In this document: positions 19,309 to 29,636 of the stretch, piece by piece
Numbering within the stretch: the first letter of the stretch is position 1
How the letters are laid out: every line of letters starts with the position of its first letter
Origin: Planctomycetota bacterium
GTDB lineage: Bacteria > Planctomycetota > SZUA-567 > H5-PLA8
Length of the DNA stretch: 60,382 bases
Assembly: GCA_045863855.1 (NCBI GenBank)
Contig: BTVV01000030.1
Coordinates: 1 to 60,382, forward strand
Direction of reading: 5' to 3'
Notes under the pieces: model-generated
Databases searched by the model: none
The model's input: the letters and a program-made list of their open reading frames with translations, nothing else
What the model was told of the DNA's origin: nothing
Position numbers and translations under genes: made by a program

Positions 19309-20373
19309 ATGTCCGTCAAGCCGATCAAAACCGCCATCGCCGGGTTGGGCCGCGCCGGTTGGAACATCCACGGCCGGGGCATCCTTAACCGCCGCCAGTC
19401 GGGCAAGCTCGATTTCGAAGTCGTCGCCGTCATCGATCCCATGGACGAACGCCTAAAGGAAGCCGAGACCACTTTCCCCGGCTGCAAGGGCTTCAAGGAC
19501 TGGCAGACCTTCCTGAAGGAGAAGAACGGCGCCGAGTTTATCGTCATCGCCACGCAGTCGGTCGACCACGGCCCCATGAGCATGGACGCGCTGAAGGCCG
19601 GCCTCCACGTCATGACCGAGAAGCCGATGGCCATGAGCGTCAAGGAAGCCGATAAGATGATCGCCACGGCCAAAAAGGCCAAGCGCATCATGACGATTCA
19701 CCAGAATCGCCGCTGCGACGCCGACCTGCACCACCTCGTCCACATCATCAAGTCCGGCATCCTGGGCAAGGTCTTCATGATCAAGCAGTACAGCAGCAAC
19801 TTCGCGCGCCGCAACGACTGGCAGACCCTGCGCAAATTCGGCGGCGGGACACTCAACAACACCTGTCCGCACACCATCGACCAGTTGCTCCTGCTCCTCG
19901 ATAGCCCTGTCGAATCCGTTTGGGGCGACCTGCAGGCCTGTGTCACCGCCGGCGACGCCGAGGACCACGTCAAGGTGCTCATCCGAGGCAAGAACGGGCG
20001 CGTGATCGATATGGAAGTCACCAGCGCCTTCAACTTCTCGCAGCCGCACTGGCAGGTCATGGGCACGCTGGGCAGCCTGCGCAGCGAAGGCGAAGAGTTC
20101 GTCATCAAGCACCTCGACCCCAAGAAGCTCCCCAAGCTCAAGGCCATCGCCTCCACGGCCGTGCCCGATCGCAAGTACGGGGTGATCGGCGGCGAGCAAC
20201 TCGAGTGGCAGGAGACCCGCGTCAAAGCCAAGGACCCGAAGTTCGAAGTCAATTTCTACGACCGGCTCTACGATTCGATCCGCAACAAGAAGAAGCTCTT
20301 CGTGACGCCCGAATCCGTCCGCGATCAGCTCCGCGTGATCGAACTGGCGCGCAAAGGCACCAAGTTCAACTGA
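19309..20373 (+). CDS. Gfo/Idh/MocA family oxidoreductase
   Basis: GLGRAG Rossmann motif, EKPMA, HQNRR, GGG.L...H..DQ; AGGAGG SD. Confidence 0.92.
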   Translation: MSVKPIKTAIAGLGRAGWNIHGRGILNRRQSGKLDFEVVAVIDPMDERLKEAETTFPGCKGFKDWQTFLKEKNGAEFIVIATQSVDHGPMSMDALKAGLHVMTEKPMAMSVKEADKMIATAKKAKRIMTIHQNRRCDADLHHLVHIIKSGILGKVFMIKQYSSNFARRNDWQTLRKFGGGTLNNTCPHTIDQLLLLLDSPVESVWGDLQACVTAGDAEDHVKVLIRGKNGRVIDMEVTSAFNFSQPHWQVMGTLGSLRSEGEEFVIKHLDPKKLPKLKAIASTAVPDRKYGVIGGEQLEWQETRVKAKDPKFEVNFYDRLYDSIRNKKKLFVTPESVRDQLRVIELARKGTKFN

Positions 20374-20739
20374 TCCTGCCACACGTACGGCTTGGCGGCC
20401 CTGCTCGGGAAAGTCCCGGCAGGGCCGCTTCATTTGGAGCTTCTCGCTGAATGCCGCGGCTTAGAGCGCGTCCGTTTAAGCGTGCGAATTTCGGTTGCAT
20501 GTCGGATTTTTAAGTCAGGTCGAAGCGGCCTATCGTCCGATAATGTGGGGGTGAGGTTCGACACGAGGAGCCCCCGATTCTTGGGCCTGATTGCATAAGG
20601 CATTGTTCAATAAGGGTTAACCGGGGCTTTATTTATTTAAGCCCGGCGTGTAACCGGTTCACCTGTGCATTACAATCGTGTTGGCATCCTGGTTGTAAAG
20701 AAGTGGGGGAAGGGTAGGGATCCTTAGGAGAGTCGAATC

Positions 20740-21273
20740 ATGGATAAGCGAGCTTGGACGGCGGTGGCGGGGGTGGTCTTGATCTTGGGCTTGGTCGCGG
20801 TGGGCGGTCCGGCATTGGCGGGCGGGCAGTTTGTCACATCCTTGCCGGACTTCCAGCTTGAGGACCCGGCCGGCGCCAAGCATACGGACGAAAGTTTCGC
20901 CGGCAGCGGCGCGGTATTCATCATCACCATTCCCAACGTCAAGCACGGGGATCATCAGGGCCGTTGGAGCCGCTGGCTGCGCAAGAAAGAATGGCCGGCC
21001 AACGGACCCAAGCTGGTGATTCTGGAAGACATGGCTCAGAGCGCGCACAAGGAAAAGGCGCTGGAAGCCATGAAAGAGAAGTACAAGCCCGGCCAGAATC
21101 CGGTCCTGCTTCTCGATCACACCGGCGAAGTCCGCCGCGCCTTCCGCGTTCCGCAAGACGAGACGGTGGTTCTGATCTTCGACAAGACCGGCAAGCTCGT
21201 GAATTTCTGCGATCAGCCGCCGACCGAAGAACTGGCCAAGCAGATCCGCGGCGTCGTGGACACGATGCAGTAA
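20740..21273 (+). CDS. Exported thioredoxin-like (redoxin-fold) protein lacking CxxC
   Basis: Signal peptide; LPDFQLED..G; LLD..G.V..AF.V...ETVVLIFDK.GKLV. Confidence 0.6.
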   Translation: MDKRAWTAVAGVVLILGLVAVGGPALAGGQFVTSLPDFQLEDPAGAKHTDESFAGSGAVFIITIPNVKHGDHQGRWSRWLRKKEWPANGPKLVILEDMAQSAHKEKALEAMKEKYKPGQNPVLLLDHTGEVRRAFRVPQDETVVLIFDKTGKLVNFCDQPPTEELAKQIRGVVDTMQ

Positions 21274-21301
21274 GTTTTCCAAGCAAGGCCAGCCTTACAA
21301 C

Positions 21302-21331
21302 GCCTGTCGCGCGAGCGGCAGGCTTTTTTAT
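21302..21331 (+). terminator. Rho-independent terminator
   Basis: GCCTGTCGC-GCGA-GCGGCAGGC followed by TTTTTT. Confidence 0.8.
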
Positions 21332-22488
21332 TACCGTCCGCTTTTCGCCCACACCCCCCATTCCGCCTCCAGCTTACCGATCTCCACTCCGTACGCTTCT
21401 TCCAGCGCTTTCACGCTCGTTCGCCCCAGCCGGAACAAGTCCGGCAGCTTCGCGAAGGCCGCCGCGTCACGATTGTATAGGTAGCGCGTGACGCTGAAGA
21501 TGCTCATGTAATCCAGCGCCGGCATCCCGATCATGCTCGCTTGAAAGAGCACTTCCCAGCGCTTGGTTTTGCCCTCGCGCAGCGCCTGAGCCACGCTCTT
21601 GTTCCAATCGCCCGCGAAGGCCACGCGGTTCTCTTCGTAGCTGATCGAGTAACACAACTGGCTGCCCAGCGTAAGGTGTTCGCACAGCGAGGCGAAGCCT
21701 TCGGCGAACCAAGCCGGCGCCTTGGTCTCCGTACGGTGGCGCACGAACATTCGCGCCCAGGCGAAGATGGTCATGTGCGGCAGGCCCGCGCCGCGCGGCG
21801 GGACCAGCAGGTCACGGCGCATCAGCGTCGTGTCGCGCGTCCCGAACGCCCCCGCCGAGCGCGCCAACTCGAACCAATTCGGATCTTCGCTCTGATGCCC
21901 GCGCACGTCGCGGATGTACTCCAGCCCGCGCAGGAATCCCTTTTCGTTCTCGACGGCGATCAGATGCAGCGAATCGGGGCCGGCCGAACGGAAGAACTCC
22001 GCGCCTAGGCGTTCGCGCAGCGCGTGGCCCAGCCGGTCGAGCAAGTACGCGCACTCGCGCGTCTCCTGAACCGAAGCCTGAAAGTGCCCGCTCGCGAAGC
22101 GCGTCTCGAAATCGATGAAGACCAGATCCAACGCGCGTTCGTACTCCTCGTACGCCGCTTTGCGTTCGACCTGCCGCTTCATCTCGGCTTCGAAGGCGGC
22201 TTGTTGGGAAGCCCCGCGCGCACACGCGCCGCAGGGGCTCCAGCCCAGCCGCTGCTCCGGCCCGGGCATGTCTTCACCTTCTAGAATTGCGTAGGGTTTC
22301 AGGCGCTCCACCGGCCGCCGACCGCTGGACGCACAGGCCTCGCACGGCGCGAGGGGAGGCTCCGCACGCGTCCCGATCTCCAATCCGGGCGCTACTTCGG
22401 GAACCGATTCGGGGGCTTCGCCCGCGCCGAGGGCTCCGGCCAATCCAAATCCGCAACACGCAACGACCGTGACGAACCTTTGAAGCAT
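21331..22488 (-). CDS. Exported hypothetical protein with degenerate peptidase-MA-like domain and two CxxC
   Basis: Signal peptide; CEAC, CGAC; PAWFAEGFA..E motif without HExxH. Confidence 0.6.
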   Translation of the reverse strand: MLQRFVTVVACCGFGLAGALGAGEAPESVPEVAPGLEIGTRAEPPLAPCEACASSGRRPVERLKPYAILEGEDMPGPEQRLGWSPCGACARGASQQAAFEAEMKRQVERKAAYEEYERALDLVFIDFETRFASGHFQASVQETRECAYLLDRLGHALRERLGAEFFRSAGPDSLHLIAVENEKGFLRGLEYIRDVRGHQSEDPNWFELARSAGAFGTRDTTLMRRDLLVPPRGAGLPHMTIFAWARMFVRHRTETKAPAWFAEGFASLCEHLTLGSQLCYSISYEENRVAFAGDWNKSVAQALREGKTKRWEVLFQASMIGMPALDYMSIFSVTRYLYNRDAAAFAKLPDLFRLGRTSVKALEEAYGVEIGKLEAEWGVWAKSGR

Positions 22489-22651
22489 AGGCAAGGAGTC
22501 CAGGCGCCCAACTACTCACAAGGACGATATCGGCTGCCGCCTGTCAGCTTATTGGCGTATCAAAAATCATGCACGGTGTGCCGTAAGGAGCGCGGATGGA
22601 CCGTCCAACCCCCGTCGGTGGGTCGCTCACGGATTGCCGCGCACCTTGCGC

Positions 22652-22679
22652 TTGACCTGAGTAACATACCACCTAACCT
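22652..22679 (+). promoter_or_regulatory. Putative sigma70 promoter
   Basis: TTGACC-16nt-TAACCT upstream of the HD-GYP gene; overlapped by inverted repeat GACCTGA...TCAGGTC. Confidence 0.45.
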
Positions 22680-22718
22680 ATTTCAGGTCCAAACATTAGA
22701 ACTAGGCGGGTGCCCAAT

Positions 22719-24164
22719 ATGGCCGACGAGGAACTCGACGATTTGCCATCCACGCTCGAGACTACGGCCTCGGACGACCAGTCCTCGACGTTGGAACGCT
22801 TGGACCGCTGTATCCGCCGCCTGCATCAAGCCAACTCCCTGGAAGATCTGATCGGGGCGCTGGAACGCCGGGCCAAGAAGCTGATGCGCTGCGAGCATGC
22901 CCTCTGCTTTCGAGTCGAAGGCGAAGGCAAGCTGATGCGCCTGCTTGGCACTCGCAAGGCCGGCCGGGAGCAGGTTTCGGTGCCCGTGGGCCGCGGCATC
23001 GCCGGTACGGTCGCCGGCGAAGAAGGCTATTACCTCTGCAACGATCCGGCCTCCGACGCGCTCTTTCTGAAAGCCATCGACGGGCTGCCCGGCGTCGAGG
23101 TCCGCAACTTGGCCTCAGTGGCGATGATGACCGAAGAAGGTCCGGTCGGCGTCCTGCAGGTCTGGAATAAAAAGAAGGGACGCTTCGAAGAGAACGACGC
23201 GTTCCTCATGCAGCAGATGGCCGATCACGCGGCGCTGGCCTACGCGCGCTTGAAGCGCAGCGAGGACGGCTGGGGCCTGGCCCGCGATCTGGCCCAGGCC
23301 CTGGCCTCGGCGGTGGACGACAAGCACGTCAGCACCGTCGGCCACAGCGACCGCACGCGGCAGGTGGCCGTGGCGCTGGGCAAGGCCTTCGAACTCTCGA
23401 GCGACGACCTGCTCGAACTGGAATTCGCCGCGCTCCTGCACGACATCGGCCGACTGGCGCTCTCGCCGGAAGCCTTCGAATGGACCGGCGGCCCGGGGCA
23501 CGCCGCCAAGGCGTACGCCGTCGAAGGCGAACAGCTTCACGTGGTCCTGACCGAAGCGGTGCTGCGCGATCTGCGACTGCCGAAGTATCTCAAGCGCATT
23601 CCCGAACTGGTCCTGCAGCATCACGAACGCACCGACGGAACGGGCTTTCCCAAGAAGCTGAAGAAGGCGGATCTTTCGCTCTCGGCGCGCATTCTGGCCG
23701 TCGCCAACGCCTGGGATCTCCTGACCGGCGGCCGCGCGGCGGTGTGCAACGGCAAGCGCATGAGCGACGAGGAAGCCGCCAAGCATCTCCAGGCCGAAGC
23801 GGGCAAAGCCTACGACAAGGAAGTCGTCGCCAAACTCCTCGAAGACCAGCTTTACCGAATCGATAAGCGCCGCTACCCGCGCTACGACTACGAAGTCCCG
23901 CTGGAAGTGACGGTGCTGGGCGAATCGGGCGAGAAGGCCAAGCAGTCCGAGACTTTCGAGACTCAGGCCCTCGAACTCTCCGAAGGCGGGATTCTCTTCC
24001 GCAGCGCGCAGCGCCTGCCCGACCAAGGGCTCCTGCGCCTGCGCATCGATCTGCCCAGCGAAACGCTGGATGCGCTGGCTCGCGTGGCGCGCCAGTTGCC
24101 CGGCGACGGCGGGCAGGGCGTGAAGGTCGGCGCGTACTTTCTCTGGTACGGCAGCCAAGGCTAA
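22719..24164 (+). CDS. GAF + HD-GYP + PilZ domain protein
   Basis: GAF (GIAG.V, F...ID); GHS, LLHDIG, HHER.DGTGFP; RRYPR and ELSEGG PilZ motifs. Confidence 0.88.
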   Translation: MADEELDDLPSTLETTASDDQSSTLERLDRCIRRLHQANSLEDLIGALERRAKKLMRCEHALCFRVEGEGKLMRLLGTRKAGREQVSVPVGRGIAGTVAGEEGYYLCNDPASDALFLKAIDGLPGVEVRNLASVAMMTEEGPVGVLQVWNKKKGRFEENDAFLMQQMADHAALAYARLKRSEDGWGLARDLAQALASAVDDKHVSTVGHSDRTRQVAVALGKAFELSSDDLLELEFAALLHDIGRLALSPEAFEWTGGPGHAAKAYAVEGEQLHVVLTEAVLRDLRLPKYLKRIPELVLQHHERTDGTGFPKKLKKADLSLSARILAVANAWDLLTGGRAAVCNGKRMSDEEAAKHLQAEAGKAYDKEVVAKLLEDQLYRIDKRRYPRYDYEVPLEVTVLGESGEKAKQSETFETQALELSEGGILFRSAQRLPDQGLLRLRIDLPSETLDALARVARQLPGDGGQGVKVGAYFLWYGSQG

Positions 24165-24215
24165 GCAGGTCGATGGGATGCGTTACGGCGGCGTTTGGTT
24201 CATGAGCGGACGGCG

Positions 24216-27200
24216 ATGGCGAAACTGATTCTTTACCGCGACGGGAAGCCCGAGGAGTTCGCCGTCAACGGCGCGCTGACCATCGGCCGCCAGAAGGGCA
24301 ACCACGTCCGCATCGACGAGCCCAAGGCCTCGCGCAACCACGCACGCGTCTTCCAGAAAGACGGCTCCTACTTTCTCGAAGACCTCGAAAGCTCCAACGG
24401 GACCAAGGTCAACGGACACAAGATCACGCGCGTCACGCTCACGCACGGCGACACGATCCACATCGGCGCGACGCGATTCGTCTTCGAAGGCAAAGCCAAG
24501 GACGGCGCATCGACCTCATCGAAAGATTCCGACCGCCAGGCCAGTCCGGTCAAAGCCAAGAGTTCGAAGTCCAAGCGCACGGCGGATGTTCCCGAGGAAC
24601 CCGAGGAAAGCGAAGCCAAGCCCTCCTCGCGGCGCGAGCCCGATCCGCTGCTGGGCAAGACCATCGGAGGCTATCAAATCGTCGCGCGCCTCGGCGCCGG
24701 CGGCATGGGCACCGTCTACAAGGCCAACCAGGTCAGCATGGACCGCATGGTGGCGCTGAAGGTCTTGAAGACCGAACTGAGCGAGAACCGCGAATTCGCC
24801 CGCGGCTTCCTGCGCGAAGCCCGTGTCGCGGGACAATTGACTCATCCGGCGCTGGTCCAAGTCCACGATTTCGGCGAAGGCGGCGGCGTGCTGTACTTCT
24901 CGATGGAGTACATCGACGGCGAGAGCGTCAACGCGAAGCTAAAGCGCGACGGCAAAATCGAGGTCGAACAGGCGCTGGAGATCGGCATCGGCGTCTGCGA
25001 AGCGCTCGTGCACGCCGCCAACCACCGCGTTGTCCACCAGGACATCAAGCCGCACAACATCATGCTGGACAAGCGCGGCAACGTGAAGCTGATGGACCTG
25101 GGATTGGCCACCATCACCGGCCGCGAAAAGCACGGCGCGAAGAAGCAGAAGGGCGTGATGGGCACCCCGCACTACATGGCGCCCGAACAGTCCCAGCAAG
25201 GCAAGATCGATCCGCGCACCGATCTCTACGCCTTCGGCTGTACGCTCTTTCACATGCTTACCGGCCGCGTGCCCTTCGAAGGCCCCAACACGCTGGTGAT
25301 CCTGACCAAGCACGTGATTCACGAACGCCCCGATCCGCGCCAGATCGACGTCACGATTCCCGACGCGCTGGCCGAACTGATCCTGGAGATGATGTCGATC
25401 TCCATGGAGGATCGGCCCAGCGGTCCGAAGGAAGTTCTCGAGAAACTCCGCGAAATCAAGGCGCAGGTTCAGAGCGGCGAAGCGAAGGTCTCGGGCAAGA
25501 AGGGCGGAGCGGTGGTGCGCAAGCGCGCCCAGTTCCACAAACCCAAAGCCGCGCCTAAAGCCGCGCCTGCGGTCGTGCGCACCGAGCGCACCGAAGAAGA
25601 AGTGGACGACTACGCCGAAGAGGACGACGGCCGCGAGGAAACCGCCGGACGCGCCACCGTGCGCGGGCAACGCCCGCCGGAATGGCACCAGCATGTGCGC
25701 ACGGCGGTGCTGGGGACGATCCTGATCTTTGCGGTCTGGTTTGCCTTCAAGCTGATGCCCGGCGACGCCGAGGCGCGGCCCAAGGGCCGGCGTCCGTCCG
25801 CGCGTATCCTGCCCAACGAGACGCAGGACCCCTCTTCAACTTCAACGCCTGCGCCCGGTCCGGTCCCCGGCCCGGCGGTTCCCACACCCGTACCCGGCCC
25901 CCAGGCGGCCAAGACCGTGGAAGCCGCGAAGACCGTAGAGCCCGTTCCGGTCGCGCCGGAAATCGACGCCGATGCGCTGAAGGAACTTCAAAAAGCCCTC
26001 GAAGCGCGCGACCGCGCGCTGGTGACGGGGAACTTCGCCGGCGCGCGCCAGGCGCTCACGCGCTTCCTGGCCAACCGCATGGGCGGCGAAGCCGCCGACC
26101 GCGCGCGCAAGGAGTTGAGAGACACCGAAAAGACGATCGAAGAAACCATCGGGCAGCTTTTGATCGATGCCGAAGCCGCCGCGCAGGCCAAAAATTACCG
26201 CGCCGCCGCCTACAAATGCACTAAGCTTCTGGCCGCCGATCCCAGCGGGCGCGGCGCGCGCGAAGCGAAAGAACTCCTGAATCGCATCGACACCGAAGGC
26301 GAACCGCGTTTCAACGCGCTCAAGCTCGCCAGCGACCAGGCGCTCGACAAGGGCCGCCTCGACGAAGCGATCAAGGTGCTCAGCGCGGGCCTCACCGAAC
26401 TCGGCGGCACCAAGTGGGCCGATCAGGTCTCGGCGCGGCAGTTCCAGATGGTGGTCGCCAACCAGTTCCTGAAGAAGCTCGAACAGCTTCGTGCCGAACG
26501 TACCGCCGCCGGACAGCCGCCGTCCATGAAGGTGACGGGGCTCGACGGCAAGAAGGTAAACGCGCGCGTGGGGAAGATCGACGGGCTGGCGCTGCAGGCC
26601 GAACTGGGCGGCAGTTCGTTCCCGCATTCGTTCACCAAATTGGAACCCGACGAGGTCTACCAGTTGGTCGAAGGCCTGGGACTCGAGAAGGACCACTTGG
26701 GCAAAGCCAACCTGTTCGTCGTGCTGGGGCAGGAAGACTTCGCGCGGCAGGAAGCCGAACGCGCGCTGAAGGCCGGCGACCAGGCCGAAGAAGCCGCCAA
26801 GCTGGCCGCGCGCTTATCCGGCGTCAGCAACCTGCACGTCTACGACTTCGCCAAGTGGCAGCACCAGCTCGACTGGGAAAGCCCCTACGGCGCGTGGTCC
26901 ACGAAGAACGACCAGTACGTGCTGGAAAGCCCCGAAGGCGGCGACACCTTCCTGAAGGCCGACGCCATCGGCGGGCCTTTCACCGGCCGCGGAGCGCGTA
27001 TCAGCTTCGAATTCTCGCGCCCCGCCGTGACCAACGAAGGCTGGTTCGTGGCCTTCGAATTCGGCAGCGAACAGCGCAATGTCTCGCTGATCTTCAACGC
27101 CGAAGGCGTGACCGTGCAGGCGAACGTGGACGAGATGAAATCCGAACGCGGGAGTTGGAAGGCCGGCGACACCCGCGTCGAACTAGCGATCCTGGGCGAC

Positions 27201-27347
27201 AATAAAGTTTCCGTCACGATCAACGGGGAACCCGGACCCGCGCTCACCGCCGCCGGCGCCAGCGAACTCCGCGGCAGCCTCGGCTTCCGCATCCGCGAAG
27301 CCTCCTGCGCCTTCGACAACATTATTCTTCGAAACGTGAAAGAATAG
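24216..27347 (+). CDS. FHA-domain membrane Ser/Thr protein kinase
   Basis: FHA (IGR, SRNH, S.NGT.VNG); LGAGGMG.VY, VALK, HQDIKPHN, DLG, GTPHYMAPEQ; TM helix; large C-terminal region. Confidence 0.93.
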   Translation: MAKLILYRDGKPEEFAVNGALTIGRQKGNHVRIDEPKASRNHARVFQKDGSYFLEDLESSNGTKVNGHKITRVTLTHGDTIHIGATRFVFEGKAKDGASTSSKDSDRQASPVKAKSSKSKRTADVPEEPEESEAKPSSRREPDPLLGKTIGGYQIVARLGAGGMGTVYKANQVSMDRMVALKVLKTELSENREFARGFLREARVAGQLTHPALVQVHDFGEGGGVLYFSMEYIDGESVNAKLKRDGKIEVEQALEIGIGVCEALVHAANHRVVHQDIKPHNIMLDKRGNVKLMDLGLATITGREKHGAKKQKGVMGTPHYMAPEQSQQGKIDPRTDLYAFGCTLFHMLTGRVPFEGPNTLVILTKHVIHERPDPRQIDVTIPDALAELILEMMSISMEDRPSGPKEVLEKLREIKAQVQSGEAKVSGKKGGAVVRKRAQFHKPKAAPKAAPAVVRTERTEEEVDDYAEEDDGREETAGRATVRGQRPPEWHQHVRTAVLGTILIFAVWFAFKLMPGDAEARPKGRRPSARILPNETQDPSSTSTPAPGPVPGPAVPTPVPGPQAAKTVEAAKTVEPVPVAPEIDADALKELQKALEARDRALVTGNFAGARQALTRFLANRMGGEAADRARKELRDTEKTIEETIGQLLIDAEAAAQAKNYRAAAYKCTKLLAADPSGRGAREAKELLNRIDTEGEPRFNALKLASDQALDKGRLDEAIKVLSAGLTELGGTKWADQVSARQFQMVVANQFLKKLEQLRAERTAAGQPPSMKVTGLDGKKVNARVGKIDGLALQAELGGSSFPHSFTKLEPDEVYQLVEGLGLEKDHLGKANLFVVLGQEDFARQEAERALKAGDQAEEAAKLAARLSGVSNLHVYDFAKWQHQLDWESPYGAWSTKNDQYVLESPEGGDTFLKADAIGGPFTGRGARISFEFSRPAVTNEGWFVAFEFGSEQRNVSLIFNAEGVTVQANVDEMKSERGSWKAGDTRVELAILGDNKVSVTINGEPGPALTAAGASELRGSLGFRIREASCAFDNIILRNVKE

Positions 27348-27438
27348 CTGCGTGTCGGGCTGTGTGGAGGTTTTCGGCGTAAAGCCATGCCCCTTGGGTT
27401 TGCCCTTCGCCGCACCTATGCCGTGAATCGCCCTTCGG

Positions 27439-29598
27439 CTACCGGCCCACCGGCACGTCCACCCAGCATCCGTACAAACGCTCCCGGTCGCCGCTTGCAT
27501 GCGCCGTCTCCAGCAGCGTCTTGCGCGAAAACTCCAGTGGGAAGGTCCGCGTGAGGCCCCCGTTGACCGTCACCTTCAGCGGCTGGCGCGGATCGAAGAG
27601 TTCGCGGGCCACGAAGAGGCGCGCGGCTTTGACGCGAAAGGCCGTGAGCTTCACCGCGTTCGCGCCTGAGATGCTCGCCGTCAGCCGCGCCACGCCGCCG
27701 GCGCGCAGCGCCGTCAGCACATTCTCGCGCGGTTCGTTCGTCCCGGCGCGCGCCGGCGCCTGCGCTTCGATCATGCGCAGCCAGTGCACTTGGCTCGTCT
27801 CCACGTCGGCGCTTACGAAATCGACCTGCTTCGGTGCGCGCGGGCGCTGCGCTTCGCCCAGCCAGTCCAACACGCCCGGCAGCTCTTCGGCGAAGGTCTC
27901 GTGCCCGCGGCCGGGGAACTCCTTGTACGTTAGCGGCAGCCTCAAACGCTTGGCTTCTTCGGCCGCCGCGCGGTTAACCTTCGTCGATTCGCCGTCGTTC
28001 TCGCCGTCGATGCAGAGCATTGGAAGGTGCGCGAGATTCGGCAGGTAATTGGCCGAGACGCCGTTGGCGCAGCCGATGAACGGAGCCGCCGCGGCGAAGA
28101 GGTCGGGCCACGTGAGCGCCACGTCCCAGGTCATGTGGCCGCCCATGCTGTGTCCGGCCAGGTATACGCGCGACGGATCGACCGCGAAATGCCGCGCGCA
28201 GTCCTCCAGCGTGCGCCGCGCCATGCGCCGCTCTTCGGGCGAAGACAAGTACCCCTTGCCGCGCCCGACGATCAGTTCCGGCGCGGCCACGATCCAGCCG
28301 CGCTCGGCGGCCTGCGGCGCCCACAGTTTCAACGCATCCAGCGCCGTTCCGTTCATGCCGTGCAGCGCGAGCAAGAGCGGCCGGCGGTGCGATGGGTGAT
28401 AATCCAGCGGCAGGTAGACCGAATAGCGGCAGGCGACTTCCAAGTCGCCCGTCGGCGCTTTCAGTTCGTACGGGCCTTGCGGAGAAGCGCCGGGTTCGGG
28501 GCGTGGCGGCAGCGGCGCGCGCGCCCCCAGCCGCACCAGCGCTTCGAAAACGTCGTCGGTCAGGCCACGCGCGGCCAAGGCCGCTTCCAGGCGCTGCGGC
28601 AGGTCCACCGCATTCGGAGCGGCGCGAAAGTACGCATTCACCGCCTCCTCCGCCGTGAAAAAAAGATCCAAATCGGGCACGGACTTGCGATCCAGCGTCG
28701 CTCCGTACCGTACGGCGAAACTAAAGCTCTTCAGCGCATCGAGCGCCTGCGAGTAAGGCATCGCGTGCTCGCCGCTCAGGCGATGTTCGGTCAAGATCGC
28801 TTCGCGCCGTGCGGCATCCAGCGGGCCGTCGAGGTCCAGACTCAGCCGCGCGATCAGTGCCGCGTCCTCGCCTTGCGCGCCTTCCAGCGCCGACTTCAGG
28901 CGCGCCACGGCCGCCGACCATTTGGTGCTGGCCTGCCGCGCCGCCGTCAGATTCACCTGGAAGTTGCGCAGCGCGTCCTCCAGCGCCTTGCGTTCGGCCG
29001 GAGGCGCCGCCGGCTCGGGCGTTTCGAGGGGCGGCTCGGCCAGCACCGCCAGCGCTTCGGCCGATGCGCGCCCCGCGTCCTCATAAAGCCCGCGTTCGGT
29101 GAGCAGCTTGGCGTGGCGCAGCAGGAGCGCCGCGCGCGCCTCGGCCAGCCGCGCGTGCCAAGCGGCGCGGGACGCCGGCGGCAGTTCGTTCAGCTCCGAC
29201 AAACCGTAGCGGAAGTAGCGCGCCGCGAGGCAGAATGCGAGCAGCCGCTCGCGCTTCGCCGCGTCGAGCGGTTCGCCCAATTCACGGCGCTTGAACGTGA
29301 GCAATCCGGAAGCGCGGTCTTCAGCCGGGAGCGGCCAGGTGACGCGGTAGTCGGTGCCTTCACCCTGCAGCGTGTACGTCTTTTCGTCCACCGCGGCCAG
29401 GCGCATCGTGATCGTCAGCCGCCCGTGCACAGGATCGTCGACGACGATCGGGTAGCTCTGTCCGTCGGCGTCCCAAGGGTGCGTCTCGACGATGCGTACG
29501 GGCAGCGCGAGCTGCTTCGGCGGCGCTTCGCCGCACGCGGCGCGAAAGCCCAGCGCCAGCGCGCAGGCGAGCAGGGCGGGTGCGAGGCGCGATCTCAT
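27439..29598 (-). CDS. Exported alpha/beta hydrolase (esterase/peptidase-like)
   Basis: Signal peptide; LHG, GHSMGG nucleophile elbow, GEND, GRGH. Confidence 0.8.
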   Translation of the reverse strand: MRSRLAPALLACALALGFRAACGEAPPKQLALPVRIVETHPWDADGQSYPIVVDDPVHGRLTITMRLAAVDEKTYTLQGEGTDYRVTWPLPAEDRASGLLTFKRRELGEPLDAAKRERLLAFCLAARYFRYGLSELNELPPASRAAWHARLAEARAALLLRHAKLLTERGLYEDAGRASAEALAVLAEPPLETPEPAAPPAERKALEDALRNFQVNLTAARQASTKWSAAVARLKSALEGAQGEDAALIARLSLDLDGPLDAARREAILTEHRLSGEHAMPYSQALDALKSFSFAVRYGATLDRKSVPDLDLFFTAEEAVNAYFRAAPNAVDLPQRLEAALAARGLTDDVFEALVRLGARAPLPPRPEPGASPQGPYELKAPTGDLEVACRYSVYLPLDYHPSHRRPLLLALHGMNGTALDALKLWAPQAAERGWIVAAPELIVGRGKGYLSSPEERRMARRTLEDCARHFAVDPSRVYLAGHSMGGHMTWDVALTWPDLFAAAAPFIGCANGVSANYLPNLAHLPMLCIDGENDGESTKVNRAAAEEAKRLRLPLTYKEFPGRGHETFAEELPGVLDWLGEAQRPRAPKQVDFVSADVETSQVHWLRMIEAQAPARAGTNEPRENVLTALRAGGVARLTASISGANAVKLTAFRVKAARLFVARELFDPRQPLKVTVNGGLTRTFPLEFSRKTLLETAHASGDRERLYGCWVDVPVGR

Positions 29599-29636
29599 GC
29601 GAGTTAGACGCCTCCGCCAGCGCTTCGATTAGGAGG

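Noticed and set aside
20540..20660. GGTTCGA T-loop-like sequence and imperfect inverted repeat CCGGGGCTT...AAGCCCGG
   Set aside because: No cloverleaf or CCA end; insufficient support for a tRNA or ncRNA
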